A DNA stretch of 64,000 nt from NCBI GenBank assembly GCA_965205265.1, contig CBDBGH010000001.1, positions 129,077-193,076 on the forward strand. Direction: 5' to 3'. Under the pieces are notes generated by a model. The model had not been told where the DNA came from, made no database searches, and worked only from the letters and a program-made list of their open reading frames with translations. Made by a program: the position numbers and the translations under genes. Shown here in pieces: positions 29,036 to 37,833 of the stretch (its first letter is position 1; each line of letters starts with the position of its first letter). The stretch comes from Alphaproteobacteria bacterium. Lineage in GTDB: Bacteria > Pseudomonadota > Alphaproteobacteria > Bin95.

Positions 29036-29940
29036 GCCGCGCCGTCCGCCGCTCCCGCCGGGGTCTGGGCCTCGCCGAGGCGCTCCTTGCGGTCGCCGCG
29101 CTCACCGCGGCGGCATACTGGGGAACCGGGGTGCTCGGGGAAATGGCCGCCCGGCACCTTCTGGGGCGGGAGGCGCGCGCCGTCTCCGCCGCCGCGCTGG
29201 CCACCCGGCTGTGGGTCGAGGGCGATCCGGCGGCCAGGGCCCCGACGGGCCCCGCGCCAGTCGCGGTCACATTCGCGCAGCTGCGGACGGAGGGGCTCTG
29301 GGGCGTGGCCACGCCGGAGACCACACCGGGACGGCGGCGCGACATGACCATCTGGCTCTGGCGCCAGTCGGCGGCGCGGACGCTGGTGTTCGTCCGCGCC
29401 AGGGGAGAGGCGGCGAACATACCTCCGGGCATTCCCGGGGCTTCCGACAGTGCCGCCGCGGTCGGCGTGATTCCCGATGTGGCCGGTGAGACGGCCATCC
29501 GGGGGGCCGACGTTCTCTTCGACACGACCGATGTCGTTTCGGCGCCCGCGGGCTGGGCCGGGCGGGGAGACATGTTCGCGATCGAATCGGTCCGGACGGA
29601 TCCAGCGGGCTGCACCCCGTTCCTGCACCGCGAGCCGGTCCCCGGCTGCGCCGTCGCCAACACGATGGCGGCGGATTTCACGGTCGCCGGCGACTTCAGT
29701 TCCGACGGCGACCTCACGGTGGGCGGCGACGCGGGTGTCACCGGGGCGCTTGACGTCGCCGGTGGACTTACGGTCGACGGGGGGCTCCTTTCGACGTCGG
29801 CCAGCGAGGCCGTCGAGGTCCTGGCCAGCATGTCCGTCGGCCAGAACCTTGACGTGGCCGGCAGCCTCGTCGTCAGCGGCAGCATCACCGCGGCCAGCGT
29901 CTCGGCCGGTGGGTCGGTCGTCTGCACGGGTGGGGGCTAG
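29032..29940 (+). CDS. PilV-like minor pilin/adhesin
   Basis: RSRRG/LGLAEALL with Glu at +5; C-terminal repetitive G-D/x-L-T-V-x-G region. Confidence 0.65.
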   Translation: MSRAVRRSRRGLGLAEALLAVAALTAAAYWGTGVLGEMAARHLLGREARAVSAAALATRLWVEGDPAARAPTGPAPVAVTFAQLRTEGLWGVATPETTPGRRRDMTIWLWRQSAARTLVFVRARGEAANIPPGIPGASDSAAAVGVIPDVAGETAIRGADVLFDTTDVVSAPAGWAGRGDMFAIESVRTDPAGCTPFLHREPVPGCAVANTMAADFTVAGDFSSDGDLTVGGDAGVTGALDVAGGLTVDGGLLSTSASEAVEVLASMSVGQNLDVAGSLVVSGSITAASVSAGGSVVCTGGG

Positions 29941-29942
29941 CC

Positions 29943-30350
29943 GTGGCCGCGCGTCTCGCCATCGTTTCCCTTGCGGCGTTCGCCGCGCTGGCAGTCCCGG
30001 CGGCGGGAGACCGCCATGGTGCTCCCGTCGCCGGGGGAGGTTCGGTTGGGGCGTCGGAGGCGGGCCAGCGGGACGGGGTCGGGCCGGAGACCCGGAGGCT
30101 GGGCAGGGAGATCGCCCGGCTCAGGCGCGAGATCGCCGATCTCGAGCGTCTTGCGGTCTGGCAGCGTGAGCTGCTCAGGGCGGCGAAGAGCGATCCGCCG
30201 GCGGCGATGCGCCAGAGGCGTCCCATGGCGGACTGCCTTTCCTCGGCGTTCGCGCCGGTCTGCGACAGGCTCACGGCGATGTTCGCCCCGCCGGAACGGC
30301 CGCCGGTGATGGAAGGCCGGACGCCGGGTCTGGAGGCGGGACCGAGATGA
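29943..30350 (+). CDS. hypothetical exported coiled-coil protein
   Basis: Signal peptide, short coiled coil, Cys pair; within the operon. Confidence 0.5.
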   Translation: MAARLAIVSLAAFAALAVPAAGDRHGAPVAGGGSVGASEAGQRDGVGPETRRLGREIARLRREIADLERLAVWQRELLRAAKSDPPAAMRQRRPMADCLSSAFAPVCDRLTAMFAPPERPPVMEGRTPGLEAGPR

Positions 30351-30961
30351 CCGGACAGGTGGCCTTCCTCCTCGCCGCGGCTGTGGCGCTCTGCGCGGTG
30401 GCCCTCTCCATGGCGTCCATGGCGGCCGTCGCGTGCCGGGACATGCGGAGTTTCGAGATCGATCCCGACCCGCTTCTGGCCGCCACCCTTGCGGCCCTCG
30501 CGGCCGTCGCGGCGGCCGAGGGTCTCCACGGCCTGCCCGATTCGCTGCTTGCCGCCTCGGTCGGATGGGCCGCGGTCCGGGTTGTGGCCCGCCTGCTGCC
30601 CGGACGGATCGGACAGGGCGATGTATGGCTCTTCGCCGCCATGGGAGCCATCGCGGGAACCGGACTGCTGCCACTGCTTCTGGCCCTGTTCGCCGTCTTC
30701 GCGGTGGCTGCCGCCGCGGCGTACAGCTGGATGCGGGGCCGGAGGATGTTCCGCTCGATGGTTCCCGCGGCGCTGCCCGGAATGGCCGCCGCCGCCATCG
30801 TCCTGGCGCTGCGTGTCGGCGAGCCGCTCGTCCGGGGTGTCCCGCGCGACGCGGGGACCGCCCTGGCCGGCCCGAACGCCGTCTCCGTGCTGCTGCTGCT
30901 GACGGCATGGACCGTCGCGGCCCGCGCCGGCCTCGTGTCCCACCGGGGAGCGCGGCGATGA
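30347..30961 (+). CDS. prepilin peptidase (A24, PilU-like)
   Basis: RDMRSFEID and IGQGDVWL aspartate motifs; multiple TM helices. Confidence 0.75.
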   Translation: MTGQVAFLLAAAVALCAVALSMASMAAVACRDMRSFEIDPDPLLAATLAALAAVAAAEGLHGLPDSLLAASVGWAAVRVVARLLPGRIGQGDVWLFAAMGAIAGTGLLPLLLALFAVFAVAAAAAYSWMRGRRMFRSMVPAALPGMAAAAIVLALRVGEPLVRGVPRDAGTALAGPNAVSVLLLLTAWTVAARAGLVSHRGARR

Positions 30962-31191
30962 ACCCGGAACGGAAACCTCCGGTGGAGCGGGCGGTGCTCG
31001 CGGCGGTCCGTGACCTCTTCGGCAGGGGATGGACCACAGGCCAGATCGCGGCGGAGGTCAACTCCGTGGAATGGCGGCTCGACAACCGGTCGGCGGCGTA
31101 CCACAGGCGGCTCACCGAGACCGATGTCCTGGCGCTTGTCGACGCGGAGCGGCTCTGGCTTGAGCCACCGCCGGAAGGGGAACGCCCGTGA
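30958..31191 (+). CDS. hypothetical protein
   Basis: ATGA coupling; 77 aa. Confidence 0.45.
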   Translation: MNPERKPPVERAVLAAVRDLFGRGWTTGQIAAEVNSVEWRLDNRSAAYHRRLTETDVLALVDAERLWLEPPPEGERP

Positions 31192-31236
31192 CCTCCGCGG
31201 GCATGATCGGAAGACAGAGCGAAAGGGAGTGACCCG

Positions 31237-31449
31237 ATGACAGAGACCGGAATGTTCCTCGTGAAGGGCGCGAGGAAGGACCGCGACGGCAAGCCACGCT
31301 ACACCAGTCTCGGCGTGCTGTGGCGCAACGTCACCAGGGACGGCGGGACGTATTTCAGGCTCCAGCTTGACTACATCCCGGCGGATCTGGCCGGCACGGA
31401 GATCCTCGCGTTTCCGCCGGAGCGCCGCGACGGTCCGGAGGGCTCCTGA
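31237..31449 (+). CDS. small DUF736-like / putative ssDNA-binding protein
   Basis: GGGAG RBS; YTSLGVLWRN...GTYFRLQLDYIP. Confidence 0.55.
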   Translation: MTETGMFLVKGARKDRDGKPRYTSLGVLWRNVTRDGGTYFRLQLDYIPADLAGTEILAFPPERRDGPEGS

Positions 31450-31462
31450 CCGTGGCGCCGGA

Positions 31463-31490
31463 AGTTAACATAATCCCCGTTATAGGTCAA
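31463..31490 (-). other. dif/cer-like XerCD recombination site
   Basis: Minus strand TTGACCTATAA-CGGGGA-TTATGTTAACT: 11-6-11 layout, XerD arm 10/11 identical to E. coli TTATGTTAAAT. Confidence 0.7.
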
Positions 31491-31609
31491 ACATGCTGAC
31501 CTTTCATGCGGACCGCCTGAACCGGCGAGTCCGGCGCCGTGGCCTGCGCACCTGCCGCCGGAGGCCAGGCCAGCCGTCCGGATTACGGATCACCGGTGAA
31601 GGAAGGTCC

Positions 31610-32134
31610 ATGTCACGCGCCGCCCTCCCGGCCCTTCTCCTGGCCGGTGCGGCGCTGGCCGCCGCATGGGATTTCGGGGCGGACCCGGCCACGCCGGAGC
31701 CTTGGATGGCCGCCGCGGCGGACACCGTCCGCGGCCCGGCCAGGGTCGTTGACGGCGACACCCTGGGGATCGGTGATGCCAGGATACGGCTCCACGGCAT
31801 CGACGCCCCGGAGAGCGGCCAGACCTGCACCGACGCGTCCGGACGGATCTGGTCCTGCGGTCCGGAGGCCACCGCGGCGCTCCGGGAGCTGGTCGGAAAC
31901 CGCGCGGTCGGCTGCGCCGTCCGCGACACCGACCGTTACGGGCGGCTGGTCGCCGTCTGCAGCCTGTCGGGCATCGACCTCAACGCCTGGATGGTCGAGA
32001 ACGGACGGGCGCTCGCCCACCGGCGCTACAGCCGCGACTACGTCCTTCAGGAAGGTGTGGCGAGGGCGGAACGCCGCGGCCTGTGGCGTGGCGGGTTCGT
32101 GGCGCCGTGGGACTGGCGGAGGGGACGGAGATGA
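31610..32134 (+). CDS. thermonuclease (SNase-like) family exported nuclease
   Basis: VVDGDTL, IRLHGIDAPE, DRYGRLVA, LNAWMVENGRA. Confidence 0.9.
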   Translation: MSRAALPALLLAGAALAAAWDFGADPATPEPWMAAAADTVRGPARVVDGDTLGIGDARIRLHGIDAPESGQTCTDASGRIWSCGPEATAALRELVGNRAVGCAVRDTDRYGRLVAVCSLSGIDLNAWMVENGRALAHRRYSRDYVLQEGVARAERRGLWRGGFVAPWDWRRGRR

Positions 32135-32577
32135 TCCGGCCCGCCGCACCCGCCACCATGGGCCGGATGGCGCCGCCTGACAGGCGGCAGTCCGAGACAA
32201 GGCGGATACGGTGGTCCTGCCCGCTGTCGCCCGCCTCGCCGGAGACGACCATCCACGTCACGATCGGCTATGACGTGGATTTCCGGCGGCCGATCGAGAT
32301 ATTCTACGCCGGTGGCTACAGGTCCGGTTCGGAGGTCGAGACCCAGGTTTCCGACATGTGCATCGTCCTGTCCCACATGCTGCAGCGTTCCGACAGCCCC
32401 GACCCCTCCGATATCCTCGGGACGGTGGCCCGCGAGGCCGATCCGGTCACGGGCGAGGTCCGTCCGGCGAGCCTGGTCGGGGTGCTGCTTGAGGAGCTGC
32501 GGAAGCCTCCGCACTGGTGGCCCGGGGAGCCCGGGTCCCCCGGAGATCCCCCGCTGCCACAGGGGCATATCCGGTGA
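32131..32577 (+). CDS. stand-alone TSCPD-like (NrdJ C-terminal-like) protein
   Basis: HVTIGYD...PIEIF...SGSEV...DMCIVLSHMLQ. Confidence 0.55.
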   Translation: MIRPAAPATMGRMAPPDRRQSETRRIRWSCPLSPASPETTIHVTIGYDVDFRRPIEIFYAGGYRSGSEVETQVSDMCIVLSHMLQRSDSPDPSDILGTVAREADPVTGEVRPASLVGVLLEELRKPPHWWPGEPGSPGDPPLPQGHIR

Positions 32578-32612
32578 CCGCCCTGCCCCCACGCCACCAC
32601 CCGGATCCGTTC

Positions 32613-33029
32613 TCAGGACAGGACGGCGAAGAGCGAGGCCGCCGCGGCGGCCGACAGGACCACGGCGGCGGGAACGGCCCGCGCGAGGAGCACGGTCTCC
32701 CGCCGGGGCGGATCGTCGAAACCGACGAAGGGAAGATGACCGGGAAGACTGGGATCGGGAAGGACATCCGGCATGTGCCTGGGAAAGCCGAGGCCCTCGG
32801 CGTGGACGGCGAAGAAGAACGGGTCGTAGGCGGCCACGCGGCGCAGCACCATGACGGCGGCGACCACGAGCATGCCACCCGCGGTCACGCCGGTGAACGT
32901 GATGCCGAACAGGACGACGACGGCGAAGGCGCCTGCGCCGACCGCGGCGATGAACGGCGTCCGCTCGCAGCCAAGAAGCAGGGGCGGCCGCGCCAGATCG
33001 AGGTCGACGCTACCATACGGGTCTTCCAT
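32613..33029 (-). CDS. trbD: TrbD/VirB3 family protein
   Basis: LARPPLLLGCER, two TM helices, LRRVAAYDPFFFAV. Confidence 0.75.
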   Translation of the reverse strand: MEDPYGSVDLDLARPPLLLGCERTPFIAAVGAGAFAVVVLFGITFTGVTAGGMLVVAAVMVLRRVAAYDPFFFAVHAEGLGFPRHMPDVLPDPSLPGHLPFVGFDDPPRRETVLLARAVPAAVVLSAAAAASLFAVLS

Positions 33030-33126
33030 GGTCCCGCCCCTAGCCGACGGCGGCGGGGCAGCGCAAGCCGGAGGGCCGGATTCCGCCGCGGTCCGACATG
33101 CCCCGACCGCAGTGGTGGAGGTCCCG

Positions 33127-33249
33127 ATGCGGCTGCCTGACGCCATCCTCCTTCTCGCCATCGCGGCGCTGACGGTCTCGCTGGCGGTTCTGGGCGGCGA
33201 CAGGGGGCCGGCGGACCGCCCGCCGCCGCCGCCGGAGGAAAGCCGGTGA
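33127..33249 (+). CDS. small membrane peptide
   Basis: GGAGG RBS; 40 aa with one TM; GTGA coupling to trbB. Confidence 0.35.
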   Translation: MRLPDAILLLAIAALTVSLAVLGGDRGPADRPPPPPEESR

Positions 33250-34289
33250 GCATGGAGAAGGTACGGGAGCTTCTGGGACCGGTCGCGGCCCTGCTTGACG
33301 ACCCCGGCGTTGTCGAGATCGGCTGCAACCCCTCCCCCGATCCGAACCGCGGGACGCTTGACATGTTCGTGGAGCGGTTCGGCAGGTGCCCGGAACGCCT
33401 GGAGGGGATCGACAGGGCGGACACCGACCGCTTCGTCCGCTGGTGCGCGACCCATTCGAACGCCCGCATCGCCGCCGACCGTCCGATATTCTCGGGACGC
33501 ATTCCCGGGACGGCGCACCGCATCGAGGCGCTGTACCCTCCCGTCACCGACCAGCCCTGTTTCTCGATCCGCCGCCATACCGAACGGACGGTGACGCTGC
33601 GGGACTTCATTCCCCCGCTCCGCCGCAGGCGGCTGGTGGCGGAGGCGGTCGCGGCGCGCAGGAACATCCTGATCGCCGGGGCGACCGGTTCCGGAAAGAC
33701 GACATTCCTCAACGCCTGCCTGCTGGAGCTTGACCGGGTGGCCCCGGAGACGAGGCTTGTCGTGATCGAGGACACCACAGAGATACGCTCGCCCCTCGCC
33801 AACACGCTGCCGTTGCGGACGACGGAGACCGTCGGGATGGACCGGCTGCTGAAATCCGCGCTGCGGCTCGCTCCCGACCGGATCATCGTCGGCGAGGTGC
33901 GGGACGGCCAGGTTCTCATGACCCTGGTCAAGGCATGGAACACGGGGCATCCGGGCGGGCTGGCCACGCTCCACGCGAATTCGGCGTCGGAGGTCCTCGA
34001 CCGGCTGAGGTTGCTGGCGACCGAGGTCCTGGGCACCGACCCGACACCCGCCCTGCTGCGGACGACGGACATGGTCGTCTTCGTCGAGCGCGGCGCCGTC
34101 CGTCCCGTCGTCTCGTCCATCGCCTGGACCGTGCGACCGGACGGCGGCGCACCGCGGCTGGAAACACTCCCGAACGACCATACAGCCCGTCCGGTCAATG
34201 GCCACGCCACCCCGCTGGCCGGTGGCCAGCGGGGACGGATGGCGCGGGTGGAGGAACCCGTCGCCGCGGATGAAAGGAAGGAACCATGA
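33246..34289 (+). CDS. trbB: conjugative transfer ATPase TrbB/VirB11
   Basis: GATGSGKTT, IEDTTEI, LRLAPDRIIVGEVR, WNTGHPGGLATLHAN. Confidence 0.92.
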   Translation: MSMEKVRELLGPVAALLDDPGVVEIGCNPSPDPNRGTLDMFVERFGRCPERLEGIDRADTDRFVRWCATHSNARIAADRPIFSGRIPGTAHRIEALYPPVTDQPCFSIRRHTERTVTLRDFIPPLRRRRLVAEAVAARRNILIAGATGSGKTTFLNACLLELDRVAPETRLVVIEDTTEIRSPLANTLPLRTTETVGMDRLLKSALRLAPDRIIVGEVRDGQVLMTLVKAWNTGHPGGLATLHANSASEVLDRLRLLATEVLGTDPTPALLRTTDMVVFVERGAVRPVVSSIAWTVRPDGGAPRLETLPNDHTARPVNGHATPLAGGQRGRMARVEEPVAADERKEP

Positions 34290-34690
34290 GAGAGACGGCA
34301 CTCCGGACTCTTCCGGCGGTCGCGGCCGCGCTGCGGACCTGCACCCCCGCCGCCGCCGCCGACAACATCTTCGGCAGCGGAAGCCCGCTGACGCGATTCG
34401 TCGATTTCGTGGCCGGACCGATGGCCTACGCCGTCGTCATCGTGGCGCTGGTGATCACCGTCGGCACGCTGGCCCTCGGCGGGGAGTTCTCCGGCTTCGC
34501 CCGACGGATGCCGATCGTGGTGATCGCCGGAGGGATCGTCATTCTCGCCGACACCGTCATCGGCAACCTGTTCGGAGGTTCCAGGGCCTTCACCATGCCG
34601 GACCACTGGGAGATCACGGCGCCGCTGCCGGATGCGGACGCCGAAGGACCGCCCCCCGCCCGTGCGGGCGGTCCGGGGGAAGGCGGCTGA
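34286..34690 (+). CDS. trbC: TrbC/VirB2 pilin
   Basis: PLTRFVDFVAGPMA, two TM helices, GGEFSGFARR. Confidence 0.85.
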   Translation: MRETALRTLPAVAAALRTCTPAAAADNIFGSGSPLTRFVDFVAGPMAYAVVIVALVITVGTLALGGEFSGFARRMPIVVIAGGIVILADTVIGNLFGGSRAFTMPDHWEITAPLPDADAEGPPPARAGGPGEGG

Positions 34691-35979
34691 TGCGCCCGGG
34701 CCGGCCCCTCCTCCAGCTGCTCGCCCTGCTGGCGATGTCCGCGGCGGTGGCCGCGCAGGAATCCCGGCCGCAGGGAATGGGGACGGACTTCCTGCCGGAT
34801 GTCGGTGACTCCGGTGAGGCGGCGCCGGAGGCGCCCGACCCCGCGTCCGCTGCTTCCGGTGAGGGCGGTGAGGGTACGGAGGAAACCCCGTCCGCCGCCG
34901 TCCTTCCCGACCGGCCCGAACCGCGGACCGCGCAGGGGGCGGAGTCGGCCGACCCGGACGACGGAACGCCGGACGATGGCGGCGGCGCCTCCCCCGACGC
35001 GTCGATCATCCCCGAACCTCCCCAGCGGCAGGCCCCGCTCGTCATGCTCTCGGAGCTGTGGCGGCAGGCCGTCGCCGCCGGTCGGACCGACTCCGGTTTC
35101 GAGACCTGGCTGGAGCGGGAGCTTGGCATGCGCAGGAGCCCCGCCGCGCCCGCCCCGTCCGGAGACCAGGCCGGACGGACGAGGGCCGTCGCGGCCGAGT
35201 GGGACAGGAGGGCGGGACCCGTGGCGCTCGGGGCCGCGGGGCGTGTGGTGACGACCTTCGGTGCGGCGATACCGCAGGCACTGTGCTCGCCCCTCACCGT
35301 CTGCTACATCGAGCTCGAGCCGGGAGAGGAACTGACCGACACGCCGAGCTGGGGCGACACCGCCAGATGGCAGGTGGTCGCCAAGGTCCAGGGCCGCGGC
35401 CCGGAAACCGTGGTGCTGGAAGTCAAGCCGGCGGAGGACGCGGGCCACACGAACCTCGTCATTCCGACGGACCGCCGCCTTTACACGATTTCCCTGGTCA
35501 ACGATCCGGACGTGCACACCCCGATCCTGTCGTTCAGGTATCCGGATTCGGCCGCAAGGGCCGCGGCGGCGGCCATCGAGGAACGCAGGAAGCGCGATGC
35601 GCAGGCGGCCGAGGCCGAGCAGGTCGCCGCCGCGGTGGCGCGGGCGGCCAGGCAGGCGAGGCTGGAGCGGGAGGGCCTGCCGACCGCCACGGGTCCGCGT
35701 CTGGTCGAGGATCTCGATTTCGGGTTCAGGATCGAGGGCAAGGCGCCGTTCCGCCCCGTCCGGGTGTTCGCCGACGGGCGGCGAACCTACATCGACCTCC
35801 ATCCGCGCTACAGGGGCACGCTCCCGGCGATCATTCCCGGCCCGGACGAGGAGAACCGGGCGCTCAACACCCGCGTGACGGACGAGGGCCGTCGGCTCGT
35901 CGCCGACCGGGTGATCACCGATGTCTGGCTTCAGGCGGGGCGGCAGCGTGTCCGTGTCCGCAGGGAGGTCCGGCGATGA
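34690..35979 (+). CDS. trbG: TrbG/VirB9 family protein
   Basis: CSPLTVCYIELEPGE, GDTARW, TNLVIPTDRRLY, PVRVFADGRRTYI. Confidence 0.9.
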   Translation: MRPGRPLLQLLALLAMSAAVAAQESRPQGMGTDFLPDVGDSGEAAPEAPDPASAASGEGGEGTEETPSAAVLPDRPEPRTAQGAESADPDDGTPDDGGGASPDASIIPEPPQRQAPLVMLSELWRQAVAAGRTDSGFETWLERELGMRRSPAAPAPSGDQAGRTRAVAAEWDRRAGPVALGAAGRVVTTFGAAIPQALCSPLTVCYIELEPGEELTDTPSWGDTARWQVVAKVQGRGPETVVLEVKPAEDAGHTNLVIPTDRRLYTISLVNDPDVHTPILSFRYPDSAARAAAAAIEERRKRDAQAAEAEQVAAAVARAARQARLEREGLPTATGPRLVEDLDFGFRIEGKAPFRPVRVFADGRRTYIDLHPRYRGTLPAIIPGPDEENRALNTRVTDEGRRLVADRVITDVWLQAGRQRVRVRREVRR

Positions 35980-36431
35980 GGTGGCGTCTGCCGCTCCTGT
36001 TCCTCATCCTTTTCCCCGGCTGCGGCGGGCTGTCAGGGACGTCGCTCACCGCGGCGGGCGACACGCGCCTGACCGAGGCGCAGGCCTGCGCCATCGGCTA
36101 CGATCTCGCCCGTGAGATGCACGGCAGGGTATCGATCGGGCGCACGGTTCTCGTCGCGCCGAAGCGGATGTCCTCCTGTGAGGGCCACGCCCTCGAATAC
36201 CTCCGTCGGGCCGGTTTCCGTATCGACGGCGCCGGACTTGGCGGAACGGAGTTCTGCATCCGGGTCACGGGAATTGACCGGGAGACGGTTTCGGCGGTGG
36301 CCGAGATCGGCGGCGACCTCCGCATCGCCCGGCCCTACCTGCCCGTACGCACCGGCGTCGTGCCCGTCGGGCCGGTCAGCGTGCAGCGGCTGTCCCCCGA
36401 CACCCATTCGACACGGGAGGGGTTCCGATGA
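35976..36431 (+). CDS. TrbH-like lipoprotein
   Basis: Lipobox-like ILFPGC; LEYLRRAGF; coupled after trbG. Confidence 0.55.
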   Translation: MRWRLPLLFLILFPGCGGLSGTSLTAAGDTRLTEAQACAIGYDLAREMHGRVSIGRTVLVAPKRMSSCEGHALEYLRRAGFRIDGAGLGGTEFCIRVTGIDRETVSAVAEIGGDLRIARPYLPVRTGVVPVGPVSVQRLSPDTHSTREGFR

Positions 36432-36465
36432 TGCCGATGATGCGGGCAACCGCCGCTGCCGGAAG

Positions 36466-36792
36466 TCACCTGTTCCGGGGCAGGCGTTCCTCCAGGATGG
36501 CCTCGATGCGTGCCTGTCCCTTCGCGAGTTCGGTGATCGCGGTGCGGTTCTCCCGGATCTCCTCGCGGAGTTCCTCGCGGAGGGAATCGATCTCCTCGCG
36601 TACGGAGCCGATCTCCTCGCGTACGGAGCCGATCTCGGCCCAGAGGAAGCTGGATGCCGCGATCCCCAGTGCGGTCAGTCCGCCGAACATCCACATGACC
36701 GTGGGCCTGTCGAAGCCCCTGAGGACGGCGAACTGCCTCTCCAGCCAAGCCATCTGCCGCGGGGTGAAGCCGTGATCCGTCAGGTCTGCCAT
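36466..36792 (-). CDS. membrane-anchored coiled-coil protein, paralog 1
   Basis: MADLTDHGFTP...DRPTVMWM-TM-EIGSVRE repeats...LAKGQARIEAILEERLPR. Confidence 0.75.
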   Translation of the reverse strand: MADLTDHGFTPRQMAWLERQFAVLRGFDRPTVMWMFGGLTALGIAASSFLWAEIGSVREEIGSVREEIDSLREELREEIRENRTAITELAKGQARIEAILEERLPRNR

Positions 36793-36920
36793 CCTTGCGT
36801 CTACCTGTCTTCGACGTGCGGGACCACATCCACCGTGTCCCTTTCGTCAATACACATACAGCGGCGACCTGCGCATTGCAAGCACATCAGGCGGGGTGTC
36901 CGCCCGGCGGATGCCCTCCG

Positions 36921-37226
36921 TCACCTGTTCCGGGGCAGGCGTTCCTCCAGGATGGCCTCGATGCGTGCCTGTCCCTTCGCGAGTTCGGCGATGGCGCCGC
37001 GGTTCTCCTGGATATCCTCGCGGAGTTCCTCGCGGAGGGAGCCGACCTCGCCGCGTACGGAGCCGATCTCGGCCCACAGGAAGCCGGCGGCGCCGATCCC
37101 AAGGGCCGTCAGGCCGCCGACCATCCACATGACCGTGGGCCTGTCGAAGCCCCGGAAGGCGGTGAAACGCCTGTCCAGCCACGCGATCTGCTGCGGGGTG
37201 AAGCCGTGATCCGCCACGTCAGCCAT
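36921..37226 (-). CDS. membrane-anchored coiled-coil protein, paralog 2
   Basis: Near-identical to paralog 1 with one fewer heptad. Confidence 0.75.
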   Translation of the reverse strand: MADVADHGFTPQQIAWLDRRFTAFRGFDRPTVMWMVGGLTALGIGAAGFLWAEIGSVRGEVGSLREELREDIQENRGAIAELAKGQARIEAILEERLPRNR

Positions 37227-37354
37227 CGTTCCGTCTCCCCGTTATCGCCGTGCGGGCCACCGCCCGCCGTTCCCTGTCCGGCACGGAAGGTATCACGGTG
37301 GTTTCCTTACCGCAGGCGTGTCAGGTCGCGCCTCCGCCGGGGGGCTTCCTTACG

Positions 37355-37714
37355 TCACCTTTCCCGAGGCAGGCGTTCCTCCAGGATGGCCTCGATGCGG
37401 GCAAGGCCCTTCGCGAGTTCGGTGATTGCGGCGCGGTTCTCCCGAACCTCATCGCGGAGGGAATCGATCTCGCCTCCGAGTTCCTCGCGGAGGAAGCCGA
37501 TCTCGCCGCGTACGGAGCCGATCTCGCCTCGGACCTCAACCCGGAGGGATTCGATCTCGGCCCACAGGAAGCCGGCGGCGCCGATCCCAATGGCCGTCAG
37601 GCCGCCAACCATCCACATGACCGTGGGCCTGTCGAAGCCCCTGAAGACGGCGAACCGCCTGTCCAGCCACCGGATCTGCTGGGGGGTGAAGCCATGATCC
37701 GCCACGTCGGCCAT
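37355..37714 (-). CDS. membrane-anchored coiled-coil protein, paralog 3
   Basis: GGGAGG RBS; near-identical to paralogs 1-2 with the longest coil. Confidence 0.75.
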   Translation of the reverse strand: MADVADHGFTPQQIRWLDRRFAVFRGFDRPTVMWMVGGLTAIGIGAAGFLWAEIESLRVEVRGEIGSVRGEIGFLREELGGEIDSLRDEVRENRAAITELAKGLARIEAILEERLPRER

Positions 37715-37833
37715 ACCTGCGCCTCCCTGTCTGCGTCGCGCGGGCCACCGCCCGCCGTTCCCGTACGTCATATATCGCGGCGGTCTCCCTATCGCAAGCG
37801 TGTCGGACCGCGCCTCCGCCGGGGGGCTGGCCG

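Larger units (their letters stand above)
36460..37830 (-). repeat. three diverged tandem units (gene plus ~125-bp upstream region)
   Basis: Repeated DNA blocks, e.g. AGGCGTTCCTCCAGGATGGCCTCGATGCG and CCACATGACCGTGGGCCTGTCGAAGCCCC, and similar intergenic segments. Confidence 0.85.

Noticed and set aside
29940-31450. Shufflon after the PilV-like gene
   Set aside because: No Rci-like tyrosine recombinase or repeated sfx-like sites seen
33030-34301. 562-aa minus-strand ORF as one protein
   Set aside because: Only the last 138 aa (TrbD) are credible; the rest is antisense to trbB
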